Notes: generated by a model not told the origin, from the sequence alone. 64,000 bases of DNA from an uncultured Gammaproteobacteria bacterium (GCA_964583685.1 CAZOVJ010000001.1:132033-196032); one strand, 5' to 3'; positions 9,828-19,475 are shown, counted from the stretch's first letter. A program made the numbers and translations.

Positions 9828-10604
9828 ATGGAAAAAAGGAAAAAATTTATAATCACCTCAATTGTTCTGTCTTTAGGTTTTATCGGAATAAACCTCCTAG
9901 AGAATTATCTTCGTTTTTGGGCGATAGGGGGATTGACAATTGCCACTATTATTCTATTTTTTTGGTCTCTTGCCGAAGGCTTGGGTTTAAATGCAACCCT
10001 TTTAACTTTAATATTGCCAGGGCTCTTTACCTTAGGAGTAGGGCTTTTCTGGTTTCTTTTGCCAACCACCATTCTGGCTAGACTGCCAATTATTATATTG
10101 TATGGATTGGGGATTTATGCTTTAAATTTGACTCTGAATATTTTTACTGTATCGGCGGTCAGGACCATTGCTTTAGCTCGAGCCGCCAAAGGAGTAGGAT
10201 TTGTCTTGACCCTTTTGGTAGCTTTTTTACTTTTTGATACTATTCTCTCCGTAAAATTTAGTCTTTGGCTAACAGTGTTAATGGTTGCCTTGGTTTCTTT
10301 TTTGCTTTTTTTTCAAGGGCTTTGGGTTATTAGACTGGAAAAAAATTTATTTTCTGGCGATCTTTTATTAATCTCAGGTTTGTTGAGCCTGGGCTTGGCC
10401 GAGATTGCTATGTTGTTATATTTCTGGCCGGTGACCGTAGTTGTTGGTTCACTTTTTTTAACAGTGGCTGTTTACATCCTTTTAGGTTTGGGGCAGGCGA
10501 GTCGAGAAGGTCGTCTTTTTAAGCAAACAGTAAGAGAGTATTTGACAGTAGGCCTAGTTGTGTTCATCGCCATGTTATTTTTTGCTACTTATTGGGGCGG
10601 CTGA
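9828..10604 (+). CDS. Polytopic membrane protein (DUF5656-like)
   Basis: About 9 TM helices, NIFTVSAVRTIALARAA; family recalled, not searched. Confidence 0.7.
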   Translation: MEKRKKFIITSIVLSLGFIGINLLENYLRFWAIGGLTIATIILFFWSLAEGLGLNATLLTLILPGLFTLGVGLFWFLLPTTILARLPIIILYGLGIYALNLTLNIFTVSAVRTIALARAAKGVGFVLTLLVAFLLFDTILSVKFSLWLTVLMVALVSFLLFFQGLWVIRLEKNLFSGDLLLISGLLSLGLAEIAMLLYFWPVTVVVGSLFLTVAVYILLGLGQASREGRLFKQTVREYLTVGLVVFIAMLFFATYWGG

Positions 10605-10777
10605 TTAGAGACACGACAAAAAGAGGGGAGAGGGGCATATAGTCTGACTTATAGTTTTAGCAAGTAGTCCTTTTGAGTGCTACTTTTCACAAATATTATA
10701 GGTTGTTTTCACGGAAAACGGATTTTTAGGAAACCGCAGGATACCCGAAGGGACAACTGGTACACTTTGATATAGTT

Positions 10778-10933
10778 ATGAGGTTCAAAAAAGATACTTT
10801 GAGCCACTCTCTTTCCTGGAACGAGATCTTAATAAATTGTTTGGTGAATAATCATATATCCTCCCAGAGTAAGGAGCCTGCTTCCTGGCTGCAAAAGTTA
10901 ACTGGGGTTCCACCATTTAAGAGAGGAGCTTAA
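10778..10933 (+). CDS. Possible 51-aa small protein
   Basis: MRFKKDTLSHSLSWNEILINCLVNNHISSQSKEPASWLQKLTGVPPFKRGA, preceded by extended -10 TGGTACACT. Confidence 0.35.
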   Translation: MRFKKDTLSHSLSWNEILINCLVNNHISSQSKEPASWLQKLTGVPPFKRGA

Positions 10934-10938
10934 GTATA

Positions 10939-10966
10939 TCGTCGCACAATAATACTTTTGCGACGT
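10939..10966. other. Putative dif (Xer recombination) site
   Basis: TCGTCGCACAA-TAATAC-TTTTGCGACGT: 11-6-11 layout, arms 9/11 inverted repeats, intergenic, ~1 kb from xer. Confidence 0.7.
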
Positions 10967-11227
10967 AATCTATTTGCTTGAGAGTGGAGAGTCTTTTATG
11001 CCTTTATACCAACTACTCCTTGGAACAAAAGCACTTAAAAGGAAAAAACTTTTATTTTAAGTTCTCTTTTTTCTTTTTGTGTCCAAAAATCTTGCCAAAT
11101 AAAACCCAAATAGATTTTCTTTACTTTTACTCACTGCTCCCCTGTCAATGATTAACTACTCATCTTTTTTATAACAAAGGCCCTAGAATTGATTTCAGAG
11201 CTTAGCTTTGCTAGAATCATTTCCCAA

Positions 11228-11965
11228 ATGAGAAAAGAGCGTCTTAAAAGATTTGGAAGGCTAACTAATTTATTCCAGGTAATGCCGCCGAGTTTTGATA
11301 TGGATGGGGTTTTGGTTAATTCAGGTAAGAAAGTTGCCGAGAGAGTCAATGAAATATTGGGGACTAGTTATCAATCTCAAGATGTAAATGAATGGGATAT
11401 CGTACAAAAATGGGCAATGCTTGAAGGTTGGTCTAAGGTCAGGGCCAGGGAATTGGACAGAAAGCTTTGGAGTGACCCAAACATTTTCCTTCAGTCACCG
11501 CCAATGCCTTGCGCACATGACTTTATGGAGGCTCTTCATAGGCAGGGAATTAAGCCTTATTTTGTGACTTCCAGGCCGCCGGAATTCCGGCCAAGTACCC
11601 TGGCATGGGTTGAAAAGGAGATGTCTTGGATAGAGGAAAGTCATGTTTGTATTCGCAAAAATGAAGAGATTTCAGGAGCTCTCTTTAAGGCGCGGAAGAT
11701 AAATGAATTACAGATAGGGATTCATATTGAGGATTCTGCTAAACAAGCAAGGGAAATTCTAGAAAACGCCCCAAATTGTTTGGTGGTTCTCCTCAGTTAT
11801 CCAAGCGAAGCCGGTCAGATTAATAATAAACGCTTAATTGAAATCCCAGCCCCCAAAAAGTTTAGTCTTAGATTCTATAATCTCTATCAGCTAGTTTCCA
11901 ATCCAGATTTTTTATCAGAATGCCTTCAGAGAATTTCTAGTGCGTCGCATAATGTTGACAGCTGA
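11228..11965 (+). CDS. HAD-family 5'(3')-deoxyribonucleotidase-like protein (start uncertain)
   Basis: SFDMDGVL, VTSR, IHIEDS motifs. Confidence 0.8.
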   Translation: MRKERLKRFGRLTNLFQVMPPSFDMDGVLVNSGKKVAERVNEILGTSYQSQDVNEWDIVQKWAMLEGWSKVRARELDRKLWSDPNIFLQSPPMPCAHDFMEALHRQGIKPYFVTSRPPEFRPSTLAWVEKEMSWIEESHVCIRKNEEISGALFKARKINELQIGIHIEDSAKQAREILENAPNCLVVLLSYPSEAGQINNKRLIEIPAPKKFSLRFYNLYQLVSNPDFLSECLQRISSASHNVDS

Positions 11966-11983
11966 TTCTATTTAGTATAAAGT
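11942..11983 (+). promoter_or_regulatory. xer promoter with adjacent dif-like half-site
   Basis: GCGTCGCATAA (11942-11952), TTGACA (11955), 17 nt, TAAAGT (11978), ATG 6 nt later. Confidence 0.6.
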
Positions 11984-11989
11984 GAAATT

Positions 11990-12973
11990 ATGCCTGCCCA
12001 ACCAAAACAAAAATCCGAACTTCTCCAAAAAATAAGCCAATTTTTAGAACATCTTGAGGTTGAACGGGGCTGCTCTCCCCTAACCATCCGCAATTACCAA
12101 CACTATCTCATCCGCTTTTGTTCTTGGATGGAAAAAGAGAAACTGGGTCGTAAACTAGCGGATATTAATCAAGAGGTTGTCAGACGCTATCGAATCTACC
12201 TCACTCGCCTACCCGGGCACCCAGCTCAGACTAAAGTTAGAGAGAATTTGAATTCTCGGCTTTCCCGTAAAACTCAGGCCTATCATGTTATTGCTCTGCG
12301 TTCTTTTTTAAGGTGGCTGGTTAAGAATGATTATAAAGTCTTAGCTCCGGAGAAAATTGACCTTCCCAAGGTTCAAAGTCGAGAGGTCAAATTTCTTAAT
12401 GGTGAGCTTATTGATAGACTTCTCAATGCTCCTTCTCTGGCCAAGATAACCGGTAAAAGAGATAAGGCTATTTTAGAATTATTCTTTTCTACTGGTTTGC
12501 GAGTTTCAGAGCTGGTCAAGCTCAATCAAAACCAACTAGATTGGCAAAGTCGTGAATTTGGCATTATTGGTAAAGGAGGTAAATCGCGAGTGGCATTTTT
12601 ATCAAAACGAGCCAGTCAATGGCTTAAGAAATATTTGTCAGCTCGCAAAGATAATTATAAACCGCTTTTTATTCGTCATCGGGGCAAAAAAGATCCCTCT
12701 GTTTCTGACGAAGAGATGCGTTTATCAGCCCGTTCTGTTCAAAGGATGGTCAAAAAATATGTGAGGAAGGTAAAATTGCCGATTGAAGCGACTCCCCATA
12801 CTATTCGCCACAGTTTTGCCACTGATTTACTGATGGCCGGAGCTGATTTGCGCAGTGTTCAAGAGATGCTTGGTCATAAAAATATTTCTACCACTCAGAT
12901 TTACACTCACGTAACCAATCGCCAGCTTCGTCAAGTTCACGCCGCTTTCCACGGCAAAGGAGGAGTTAATTAA
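11990..12973 (+). CDS. Tyrosine recombinase, XerC/XerD-like
   Basis: STGLRVSEL, GKGGKSR, TPHTIRHSFATDLL, LGHKNISTTQIYTHV. Confidence 0.95.
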   Translation: MPAQPKQKSELLQKISQFLEHLEVERGCSPLTIRNYQHYLIRFCSWMEKEKLGRKLADINQEVVRRYRIYLTRLPGHPAQTKVRENLNSRLSRKTQAYHVIALRSFLRWLVKNDYKVLAPEKIDLPKVQSREVKFLNGELIDRLLNAPSLAKITGKRDKAILELFFSTGLRVSELVKLNQNQLDWQSREFGIIGKGGKSRVAFLSKRASQWLKKYLSARKDNYKPLFIRHRGKKDPSVSDEEMRLSARSVQRMVKKYVRKVKLPIEATPHTIRHSFATDLLMAGADLRSVQEMLGHKNISTTQIYTHVTNRQLRQVHAAFHGKGGVN

Positions 12974-15567
12974 CTGTTCTTTTCTAGGGTGGCAACGGCC
13001 GCGACACCGTCAGATTTGTTTTTAAAGCGCATCAAGATTACTCCTTGAGTAGCCCGGCCCAATTGAGGAATGTTTTTCAAGGGCAGTTTAATAATTTGTC
13101 CGGATTTACTGGTGATGATAATTTGCTCAATTTTTTGGTTAACCATAATGGCTGAGATTAATTTTCCGGTTTTATCATTGACAACAGCTGCTTTTACTCC
13201 TTTACCTCCCCTTCTTTGGCTGGGAAAGAGGTGAAGCTTGGTTCTTTTGCCCAGTCCGTTCTTGCTAATAGTTAGTATGTCTCGAAAGACCTTTCTTCTT
13301 CTATCTTTGGGACGGGTTTGTTTTTCGCTAAAGATTTCCATAGCGATTACTTTGTCTTCTTGTTCAAGCCTTATTCCCCGGACGCCCCTTGTTGCCCGAC
13401 CCATTGGTCGAACATTGGCTTCAGGAAATCTGATTGCTTTGCCGTTTCTGGTCAAAAGTAAAACATGGTCCTTGCCTGAGGTTGGTTGAACAGAAACAAG
13501 CTTGTCTCCCTTGACCAAGCGTATGGCAATCAGTCCGTTAGACCTTAGGTTTTGAAACTGACTGCTGGCTGTTTTTTTGATTTTCCCCAGGGCCGTGGCC
13601 ATGATCAAATATTTGGTTTTTTGCCCATCCAAAGCCAAAATCGAAAGAACGTGTTCTCCTTGTTCAAGATTGAGAATATTGACCAGGGCTTGACCCTTAG
13701 ATTGGCGCGTAGTTTCAGGAATTTCCCAAGCCTTAGTAGTAAATACTCTTCCCTTATCAGTAAAAAAGAGAATGTTGTCATGGGTGGTGATTGATATCAG
13801 GTGTTCAATCTCATCCTCTTTTTTGGTGGTCATGCCGATTACTCCCTTGCCTCCTCTTCGTTGAGACCGGAAAGTGCCCCTGGGCATTCTTTTAATATAG
13901 CCGCTCTTAGTAACAGCAATTAGAGCGTCTTCTTTAGCTACCAAGTCTTCTTCGGAAAACTCACCTACTTTTTGTTTGTATATTTTGGTTTTTCTGGCAT
14001 CTCCAAATTTTTCCTTGAGTTCATTAAGTTCTTTACTGATTATCCGAAGAACTTTTTTCGGCTCTAGGAGAATAGCGGTTAAACGGTCAATTATTTCTTT
14101 AATTTTCTTATACTCCTTTTCAATTTTTTCTCGCTCTAAAGCAGCCAAGCGGCGTAGTTGCATGTCAAGGATGGCGTTTGCTTGGATTTCTGTTAGCTGG
14201 AATTTTTTCACTAAATTGTTTTTTGCATCTTCTTGGGTTCTGCTGCGGCGGATGGTTTTGATGACCGCATCCAGGTTGTCTAAGGCAATTTTCAGTCCTT
14301 CTAAAATATGAGCCCGCCTTTTAGCCTGGGTTAACTCAAAAATAGTTCTTCTGATGATGACCCTTTGTCGGTGCTTGATGTATACAACGAGAATTTGCTT
14401 GAGGGTGACCGTATGGGGTGTGCCATCAACAAGAGCGACAAAATTAGCCGGGAATGTTGTTTGTAATTTGGTATGTTTGTAGAGATTATTGAGGACGGAA
14501 TTGGGTCTGGCATCGCGTTTTAATTCAACGACAACTCTCATTCCTTCCTTATCGCTTTCATCTCTAAGTTTGGCCACTCCGGTTATTCTTTTATCTTTTA
14601 CTAGCTGAGCAATCTTTGCCACCAGCCGACTTTTATTTACCTGATAAGGGATTTCACTGATGACAATTTGCGAACGACCGTGGCTTGCTTCTTTAATCTC
14701 AGCCACCCCGCGAATTAATATTTTTCCTCTACCGGTAGCATAGACATCACGGATGCTGGTTGCATCATAAATTCTTGCTCCTGTCGGAAAATCTGGTCCG
14801 GGGATTATTTTGATAAGCTCATCTATGGTGATGTCACTTTCAAAAGAGACGACTGAGGGAGTGAGTTCTTGGCTAGTTTCTTGTTTTTCCAGGCCCGAGG
14901 CAACCAGACTTATTCTTTTGATGAAAAAATCGCTTTCCTTTTTCTGCTCTTTTTCTTGAGAAACTACTCTCCCCCTTTTAATGGTTTCAAGAATGGCAGC
15001 AATAGTTTCTTTGAGATTGTGAGGAGGGATTTTTGTTGCCATACCCACGGCTATTCCTTCTGAGCCCATCAGTAGCAAATTTGGCAGGAGTGCCGGTAGA
15101 TATCTTGGTTCTTTCGTTGTTCCATCAAAATTATTAACAAAATCAACAGTTTCTTTTTCAATGTCCGCCAGCATGAATTGAGAAATTGGGTCCAGTCGAA
15201 CTTCGGTATAACGCATGGCCGCGGCCCGGTCGCCGTCAACTGAGCCGAAATTTCCTTGGCCGTCAATTAAGGGATAACGCATGGAAAAATTCTGGGCCAA
15301 ACGAACAAGGGCGTCATAGACAGCTTGGTCGCCGTGGGGATGAAATTTTCCCAGGACTTCCCCTACTATCTTGGCGCTTTTACTATAAGAAGATTTTTTA
15401 CCCAGGCCCATTAAATGCATGGCATAGAGAATCCGTCGGTGAACAGGTTTTAGACCATCTCGGGTATCGGGAAGGGCTCGGGCCACAATCACGCTCATGG
15501 CATAGTCTAAATAGGATTTTGAAAGTTCAGAGGTAATCTCAGCTGGTTGTACTTTGCCTATATCCAT
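12970..15567 (-). CDS. gyrA: DNA gyrase subunit A
   Basis: SYLDYAMSVIV, HPHGD, AAMRYTE, GyrA box QRRGGKG; MDIGKV taken as start. Confidence 0.98.
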   Translation of the reverse strand: MDIGKVQPAEITSELSKSYLDYAMSVIVARALPDTRDGLKPVHRRILYAMHLMGLGKKSSYSKSAKIVGEVLGKFHPHGDQAVYDALVRLAQNFSMRYPLIDGQGNFGSVDGDRAAAMRYTEVRLDPISQFMLADIEKETVDFVNNFDGTTKEPRYLPALLPNLLLMGSEGIAVGMATKIPPHNLKETIAAILETIKRGRVVSQEKEQKKESDFFIKRISLVASGLEKQETSQELTPSVVSFESDITIDELIKIIPGPDFPTGARIYDATSIRDVYATGRGKILIRGVAEIKEASHGRSQIVISEIPYQVNKSRLVAKIAQLVKDKRITGVAKLRDESDKEGMRVVVELKRDARPNSVLNNLYKHTKLQTTFPANFVALVDGTPHTVTLKQILVVYIKHRQRVIIRRTIFELTQAKRRAHILEGLKIALDNLDAVIKTIRRSRTQEDAKNNLVKKFQLTEIQANAILDMQLRRLAALEREKIEKEYKKIKEIIDRLTAILLEPKKVLRIISKELNELKEKFGDARKTKIYKQKVGEFSEEDLVAKEDALIAVTKSGYIKRMPRGTFRSQRRGGKGVIGMTTKKEDEIEHLISITTHDNILFFTDKGRVFTTKAWEIPETTRQSKGQALVNILNLEQGEHVLSILALDGQKTKYLIMATALGKIKKTASSQFQNLRSNGLIAIRLVKGDKLVSVQPTSGKDHVLLLTRNGKAIRFPEANVRPMGRATRGVRGIRLEQEDKVIAMEIFSEKQTRPKDRRRKVFRDILTISKNGLGKRTKLHLFPSQRRGGKGVKAAVVNDKTGKLISAIMVNQKIEQIIITSKSGQIIKLPLKNIPQLGRATQGVILMRFKNKSDGVAAVATLEKNS

Positions 15568-15594
15568 AAAAAAGCAGGCTAGAAGCCTACTCAT

Positions 15595-15623
15595 ATTTTA
15601 CCTTTTTTCAGCCTTGAGAGCAA
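15595..15623 (-). promoter_or_regulatory. gyrA promoter
   Basis: TTGCTC-17-TAAAAT; spacer ends GGCTGAAAAAAGG, shared with gyrB promoter. Confidence 0.6.
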
Positions 15624-15635
15624 GGACTGATGATG

Positions 15636-15914
15636 CTAATTTTGACTGTAGTCTTTATATTTGTGTGCTGGTGGTAGTTGATAGTCGTAGTGCCGAAGTC
15701 CGGTAAAAATTAAATCAGCTAATTCCAAACTGAGAACTTCATGCTCAACATCAATGTTTAGACCTTTTCTTCCAATAACAAATATTCCACGAGCAATCCT
15801 GAATTCTTTATCGGAGTGCCTTTTAGGATTATTAAGGATTCTTTGAACTCTCTCAAAATCTCGCGAGCTTTGCTCTGCGATCTCCTTTAGCGCTGGGCTT
15901 AATCTTTCCGGCAT
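15636..15914 (-). CDS. Hypothetical protein
   Basis: Start MPERLS lies directly after the upstream stop. Confidence 0.55.
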   Translation of the reverse strand: MPERLSPALKEIAEQSSRDFERVQRILNNPKRHSDKEFRIARGIFVIGRKGLNIDVEHEVLSLELADLIFTGLRHYDYQLPPAHKYKDYSQN

Positions 15915-15915
15915 C

Positions 15916-16668
15916 TCAATTTTCCTGGGCTCCCCGAGCAGCTTTTCTATAAGCACAGAATTCACAAGTGGCTGATGACTGAGGAATTTTATTGCTATTA
16001 AGGCATTTTTTTATCTCAATAATCGTTGGCTCAACCCAGGAATCATCTCCCTTATGGGCCAGGATTGAGAGTTTAAATTCCAATCGGCCATCAAATTTCT
16101 CTCGATTCCTGGCCGCATTGGCAAAAACAAAATAGCCTACATTAGCCACCTTGAATCCCAATTGTCGGAAAATCCATTGATAGACCTCCAATTGCCTTTT
16201 ATATCCCTGTTTGTATTTATCCTCAAGTGAGATTTCCCTGCTTGTGCTGGTAGCCTTATAGTCAACTATCAAAAGATTGCCTTTTGGGTCTTGCCAGAGA
16301 TCATCAATAATGCCGCTAATCTTGAGATTGGTTTTTTTATGAATTGTACTGGCCCCTTCATAATGATAAAAGTCATCACGCCAGGTTGGTAGCTCCGGAT
16401 GATTAAAAGGCAAAGCCTTAATTTTGTATTGCTTCATCAGCTCATGGACTTGGCCTTTTTTGCGCAGAAGGTCAAACTCATTTTTTAGAAGCTGGTCAAC
16501 AGCTGAATTAAGAGGCCAGCCCGGCATTGAGGGTCTTTTTACCCCCAATCGCCTATCCAGGTAAAAACATTTTGGACATTCCAAAAACAAATCAATCTTG
16601 CTCCGGCTGATCCTGAAAGGAAATTTGGATTTGGGGTTATAGAGATTTCTGTTGTGATAGTAAGCCAT
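15916..16668 (-). CDS. PD-(D/E)XK nuclease, AddB/Cas4-like
   Basis: ISRSKI...CPKC, GIIDD...IVDYK, QLEVY, C-terminal CEFC. Confidence 0.88.
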   Translation of the reverse strand: MAYYHNRNLYNPKSKFPFRISRSKIDLFLECPKCFYLDRRLGVKRPSMPGWPLNSAVDQLLKNEFDLLRKKGQVHELMKQYKIKALPFNHPELPTWRDDFYHYEGASTIHKKTNLKISGIIDDLWQDPKGNLLIVDYKATSTSREISLEDKYKQGYKRQLEVYQWIFRQLGFKVANVGYFVFANAARNREKFDGRLEFKLSILAHKGDDSWVEPTIIEIKKCLNSNKIPQSSATCEFCAYRKAARGAQEN

Positions 16669-16699
16669 AAACCGCTATCATTATAGCAGTTTTGCAAGA

Positions 16700-17197
16700 A
16701 TGAAACAGGACGGTTCTACCTTAATTTTATTTAGAGATAATACCCAGAAAGAGGTATTCCTGGTTTTTCGCTCCGATTATCCTATTTGGGCTACCACTGG
16801 CGGCGGCATTGAATCTGGTGAATCTCCTGAGAAAGCAGCTCTTCGCGAAGCTTTTGAGGAAACTGGTTTCAAGGTCAAAATTACTCGCTTTGTCGGCTTA
16901 TACAAGATTCAAGAAGGTGGTAAGATTTCCCACAAATCATATCTTTATGAAGGGAGAGTTGTTTCGGGTAGATTCAAGCCGGAATTTCCCGGTTGCAAAG
17001 GCAAATGGTTTAAGGTTGATAAATTACCCTTAAGTATGACCAACAGAGCAAGAGAAAAAATTTTCGACTGTATTAAATATCAGAATAAAGAATTTAAAAA
17101 AATAGCCGGGCCCCTGAGTTTGAGGAACAATCTGCATCTGCTTCTACTTCATCCCCTGGTGGTTGCCAGATTTATCTTTAAAAGCTTCAAGACCTGA
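16700..17197 (+). CDS. NUDIX hydrolase
   Basis: Nudix box GGGIESGESPEKAALREAFEETG. Confidence 0.92.
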   Translation: MKQDGSTLILFRDNTQKEVFLVFRSDYPIWATTGGGIESGESPEKAALREAFEETGFKVKITRFVGLYKIQEGGKISHKSYLYEGRVVSGRFKPEFPGCKGKWFKVDKLPLSMTNRAREKIFDCIKYQNKEFKKIAGPLSLRNNLHLLLLHPLVVARFIFKSFKT

Positions 17198-17834
17198 GGC
17201 CTTTGAGCAGCCCGCCTATGCGCTCAGAAATGGTGCTTGTTAATTCTGTTAAATCGGCATCCCCCTGCGTGTCGATTGCTTGACCGATTGCGACCCTGAT
17301 GGGAGGAGGTGGCGAGGCCTTAATTCGCCGGAGATCTTCCAATATTTGCCTGGGGGATAGTTTATCGGCAAAGGGAATATATCCTCTAGCACCAACTATT
17401 CCTAACGGAAGAATTGGAACATGCGCCCGTTTGGCAATCCAGGCAGCACCCCTTTTGGCAGGTTTGAGCTGAGTAAGAGTTTCTTTTGTTCCCCTGGTTC
17501 CCCCAACAAACATTCCCAAGTTTCCTCCTTGATTGAGGATTTCGGCGGCTCGACGTAAGGCTGTTCTATCTACCAGTCCTCTTTTAACAGGAAACATCCC
17601 CGCCACTTGCAGAAAAGGTTTGAGAAGGCGTTTTTCAAAGTTTTCCACCTTTACCATAAAATAAACCCAATGAGGATATACTGCTTTCAAGATCATCGAG
17701 GCATCTATCCAACTACTGTGGTTTGAAACTAAGACGTAAGGCTTCCCAGGTATGTTTTCCTTTCCCTGAACCTCCTTGGGTTTAGGAGAATTAGTAAGAA
17801 TAAAGTTGACCATTTCGAGAAAGGCAAGTGACAT
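17187..17834 (-). CDS. Lysophospholipid acyltransferase (PlsC family)
   Basis: SNHSSWID, FPVKRG, FVGGTR. Confidence 0.88.
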   Translation of the reverse strand: MSLAFLEMVNFILTNSPKPKEVQGKENIPGKPYVLVSNHSSWIDASMILKAVYPHWVYFMVKVENFEKRLLKPFLQVAGMFPVKRGLVDRTALRRAAEILNQGGNLGMFVGGTRGTKETLTQLKPAKRGAAWIAKRAHVPILPLGIVGARGYIPFADKLSPRQILEDLRRIKASPPPPIRVAIGQAIDTQGDADLTELTSTISERIGGLLKGLRS

Positions 17835-17896
17835 TCCTTGCTTTATAGTTGGTTCCCTAAAAAAGCGGTCTTGTTCAACCCTTGTTATGGGTGAGA

Positions 17897-18262
17897 TTAT
17901 TTTTTCGGAGCAGGACTTGATTCCTTTAACTTAACTTTTATCGGCCTGACAAGCATTGCTCCCAAGGAAGCCAATTTAAAACCAACACCAGAGATGAACA
18001 TCATCAGAACCAGATGGGCCATGGTATTGAGTGGTTCATCAATTACTCCAGCTGGCATTAAATCCCTTAAGGGAATACTGGCTGGTATAGCTTGAGCCGG
18101 TGCTTTTTTGTCTTGAGGAAGTTGTACTTGTAAATTTCCCAGATTGAAAAACTGGATAGGCTGACACCTTTTTGTAAAAACAAAGTAAACACTAAAACCA
18201 GAAAAAAGAATAGTTAATATGCCGAGAGCAAGTAAAATATAGCCGATTACTTTCTCACTCAT
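17897..18262 (-). CDS. Hypothetical membrane protein
   Basis: Two TM segments, LVRPIKVKLK tail; ATGA-coupled to upstream gene. Confidence 0.7.
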   Translation of the reverse strand: MSEKVIGYILLALGILTILFSGFSVYFVFTKRCQPIQFFNLGNLQVQLPQDKKAPAQAIPASIPLRDLMPAGVIDEPLNTMAHLVLMMFISGVGFKLASLGAMLVRPIKVKLKESSPAPKK

Positions 18263-18582
18263 TTTTCCGGTAAGGGATAAAGGGTGGTTTTGCCCACCAA
18301 GATTTTGTAAATATTTTCAATAATATCTCCGCCAGCATAACCAACAATAAAAGTAATGGCCGGGTTAAGGCGATCAAGAATTGGAAGTTTCAAACCAGAC
18401 TCAACCACTGCCCAGGTAATCAATAGGCCGACAAGGCCAGAAATAAACATGATAAAAGCCAAGTACCAGGGCCTGAATTCCACCTTTTTATAGGCAAACT
18501 GATGTTTGATGAAGCCGACTACTCCTCTCACCAACCCGCCGGCCGCCCCGGCCAAAAGTAAAGGGAGAATATTGTCAAACAT
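18259..18582 (-). CDS. Hypothetical 3-TM membrane protein
   Basis: GAAGGLVRG...GYAGGDIIE; -10 box 6 nt before ATG. Confidence 0.75.
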   Translation of the reverse strand: MFDNILPLLLAGAAGGLVRGVVGFIKHQFAYKKVEFRPWYLAFIMFISGLVGLLITWAVVESGLKLPILDRLNPAITFIVGYAGGDIIENIYKILVGKTTLYPLPEK

Positions 18583-18639
18583 TATTTAAAGATAGCACAA
18601 AAATTGATTAATTGACAAATCAACAGTAGAATCAGGCCG

Positions 18640-19475
18640 ATGAGCCAAATTGAGCGAGTTGACAGAGAGGAAGGCAAATATCTTGAGGAAAAGAGAGACG
18701 AGTTGTTTGACTACCTGGAGGGTCAGGTAAGTGAGCGGGTAATTATTGCCATGAGGTCAGTTCCCAGAGAGTTCTTTGTCTTGAATCTTGTTGAGCCTAA
18801 GGATCGGAAGTATACCTATGATAGGGACAAGGCACTTCCAATACGTGACTATGAGTACATATCCTCTATTTCGGCCCCTGAGGTTGTAGCTGAGATGGTC
18901 AATCTCCTAGACCCCAACCAAATGATCTAGTTTTAGAAATAGGAACAGGTACAGGTTATCAAGCGGCTGTTTTGAGTGAACTTAGCAGTCGGGTGGTTAC
19001 GGTTGAGACTATTGAAGACTTGGCCCGTGAAGCAAAACAAAGACTGGAGAGCTTGGGAAGATACAATGTAGAGGTTGTTCTGGCAGACGGAAGTGATTTT
19101 TTGACCAGGACTGATTCCTTCGACAGAATTATCCTTACCGCGGCCATGTTTCCCCGACCCCATGAACGGCTTTTTCCATTATTAAAAGACAATGGGTTGT
19201 TTGTTGGCCCAGTTGCCGGACTAGAGGGTTGTCAAGAATTATGCAAAATTGTTTCCGTCCGCCGGCAGGGTGACATATATATTCATGAAAAGAGTTTATC
19301 GAAAGTTTATGCCTTTGTTCCTTTGCAAGGAAGAAAGGGCTGGGATGCAAATTTACGAATGGCTCCACCACCGGCCGTAAGGGGACTTCTTGATGGGAAC
19401 TTTAAACGATATTTTGGCCAGCCGGGAAGAGTAAGTTACTCGTTTGACAAACCTAGCGAGGTTTGTCATCCTTAG
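18640..19475 (+). pseudogene. pcm: Protein-L-isoaspartate O-methyltransferase, split by a frameshift
   Basis: VPREFF and SISAPEVVAEM in one frame; VLEIGTGTGYQAA and FDRIILTAA in the next; one extra C in the C4 run at 18912-18915 fuses them. Confidence 0.85.

Noticed and set aside
11990-12973. Integron integrase or prophage integrase
   Set aside because: No IntI-specific insertion, attC array or phage genes seen; Xer-like motifs and a dif-like site fit better
15916-16668. CRISPR-Cas locus
   Set aside because: No repeat-spacer array or other cas genes in the window
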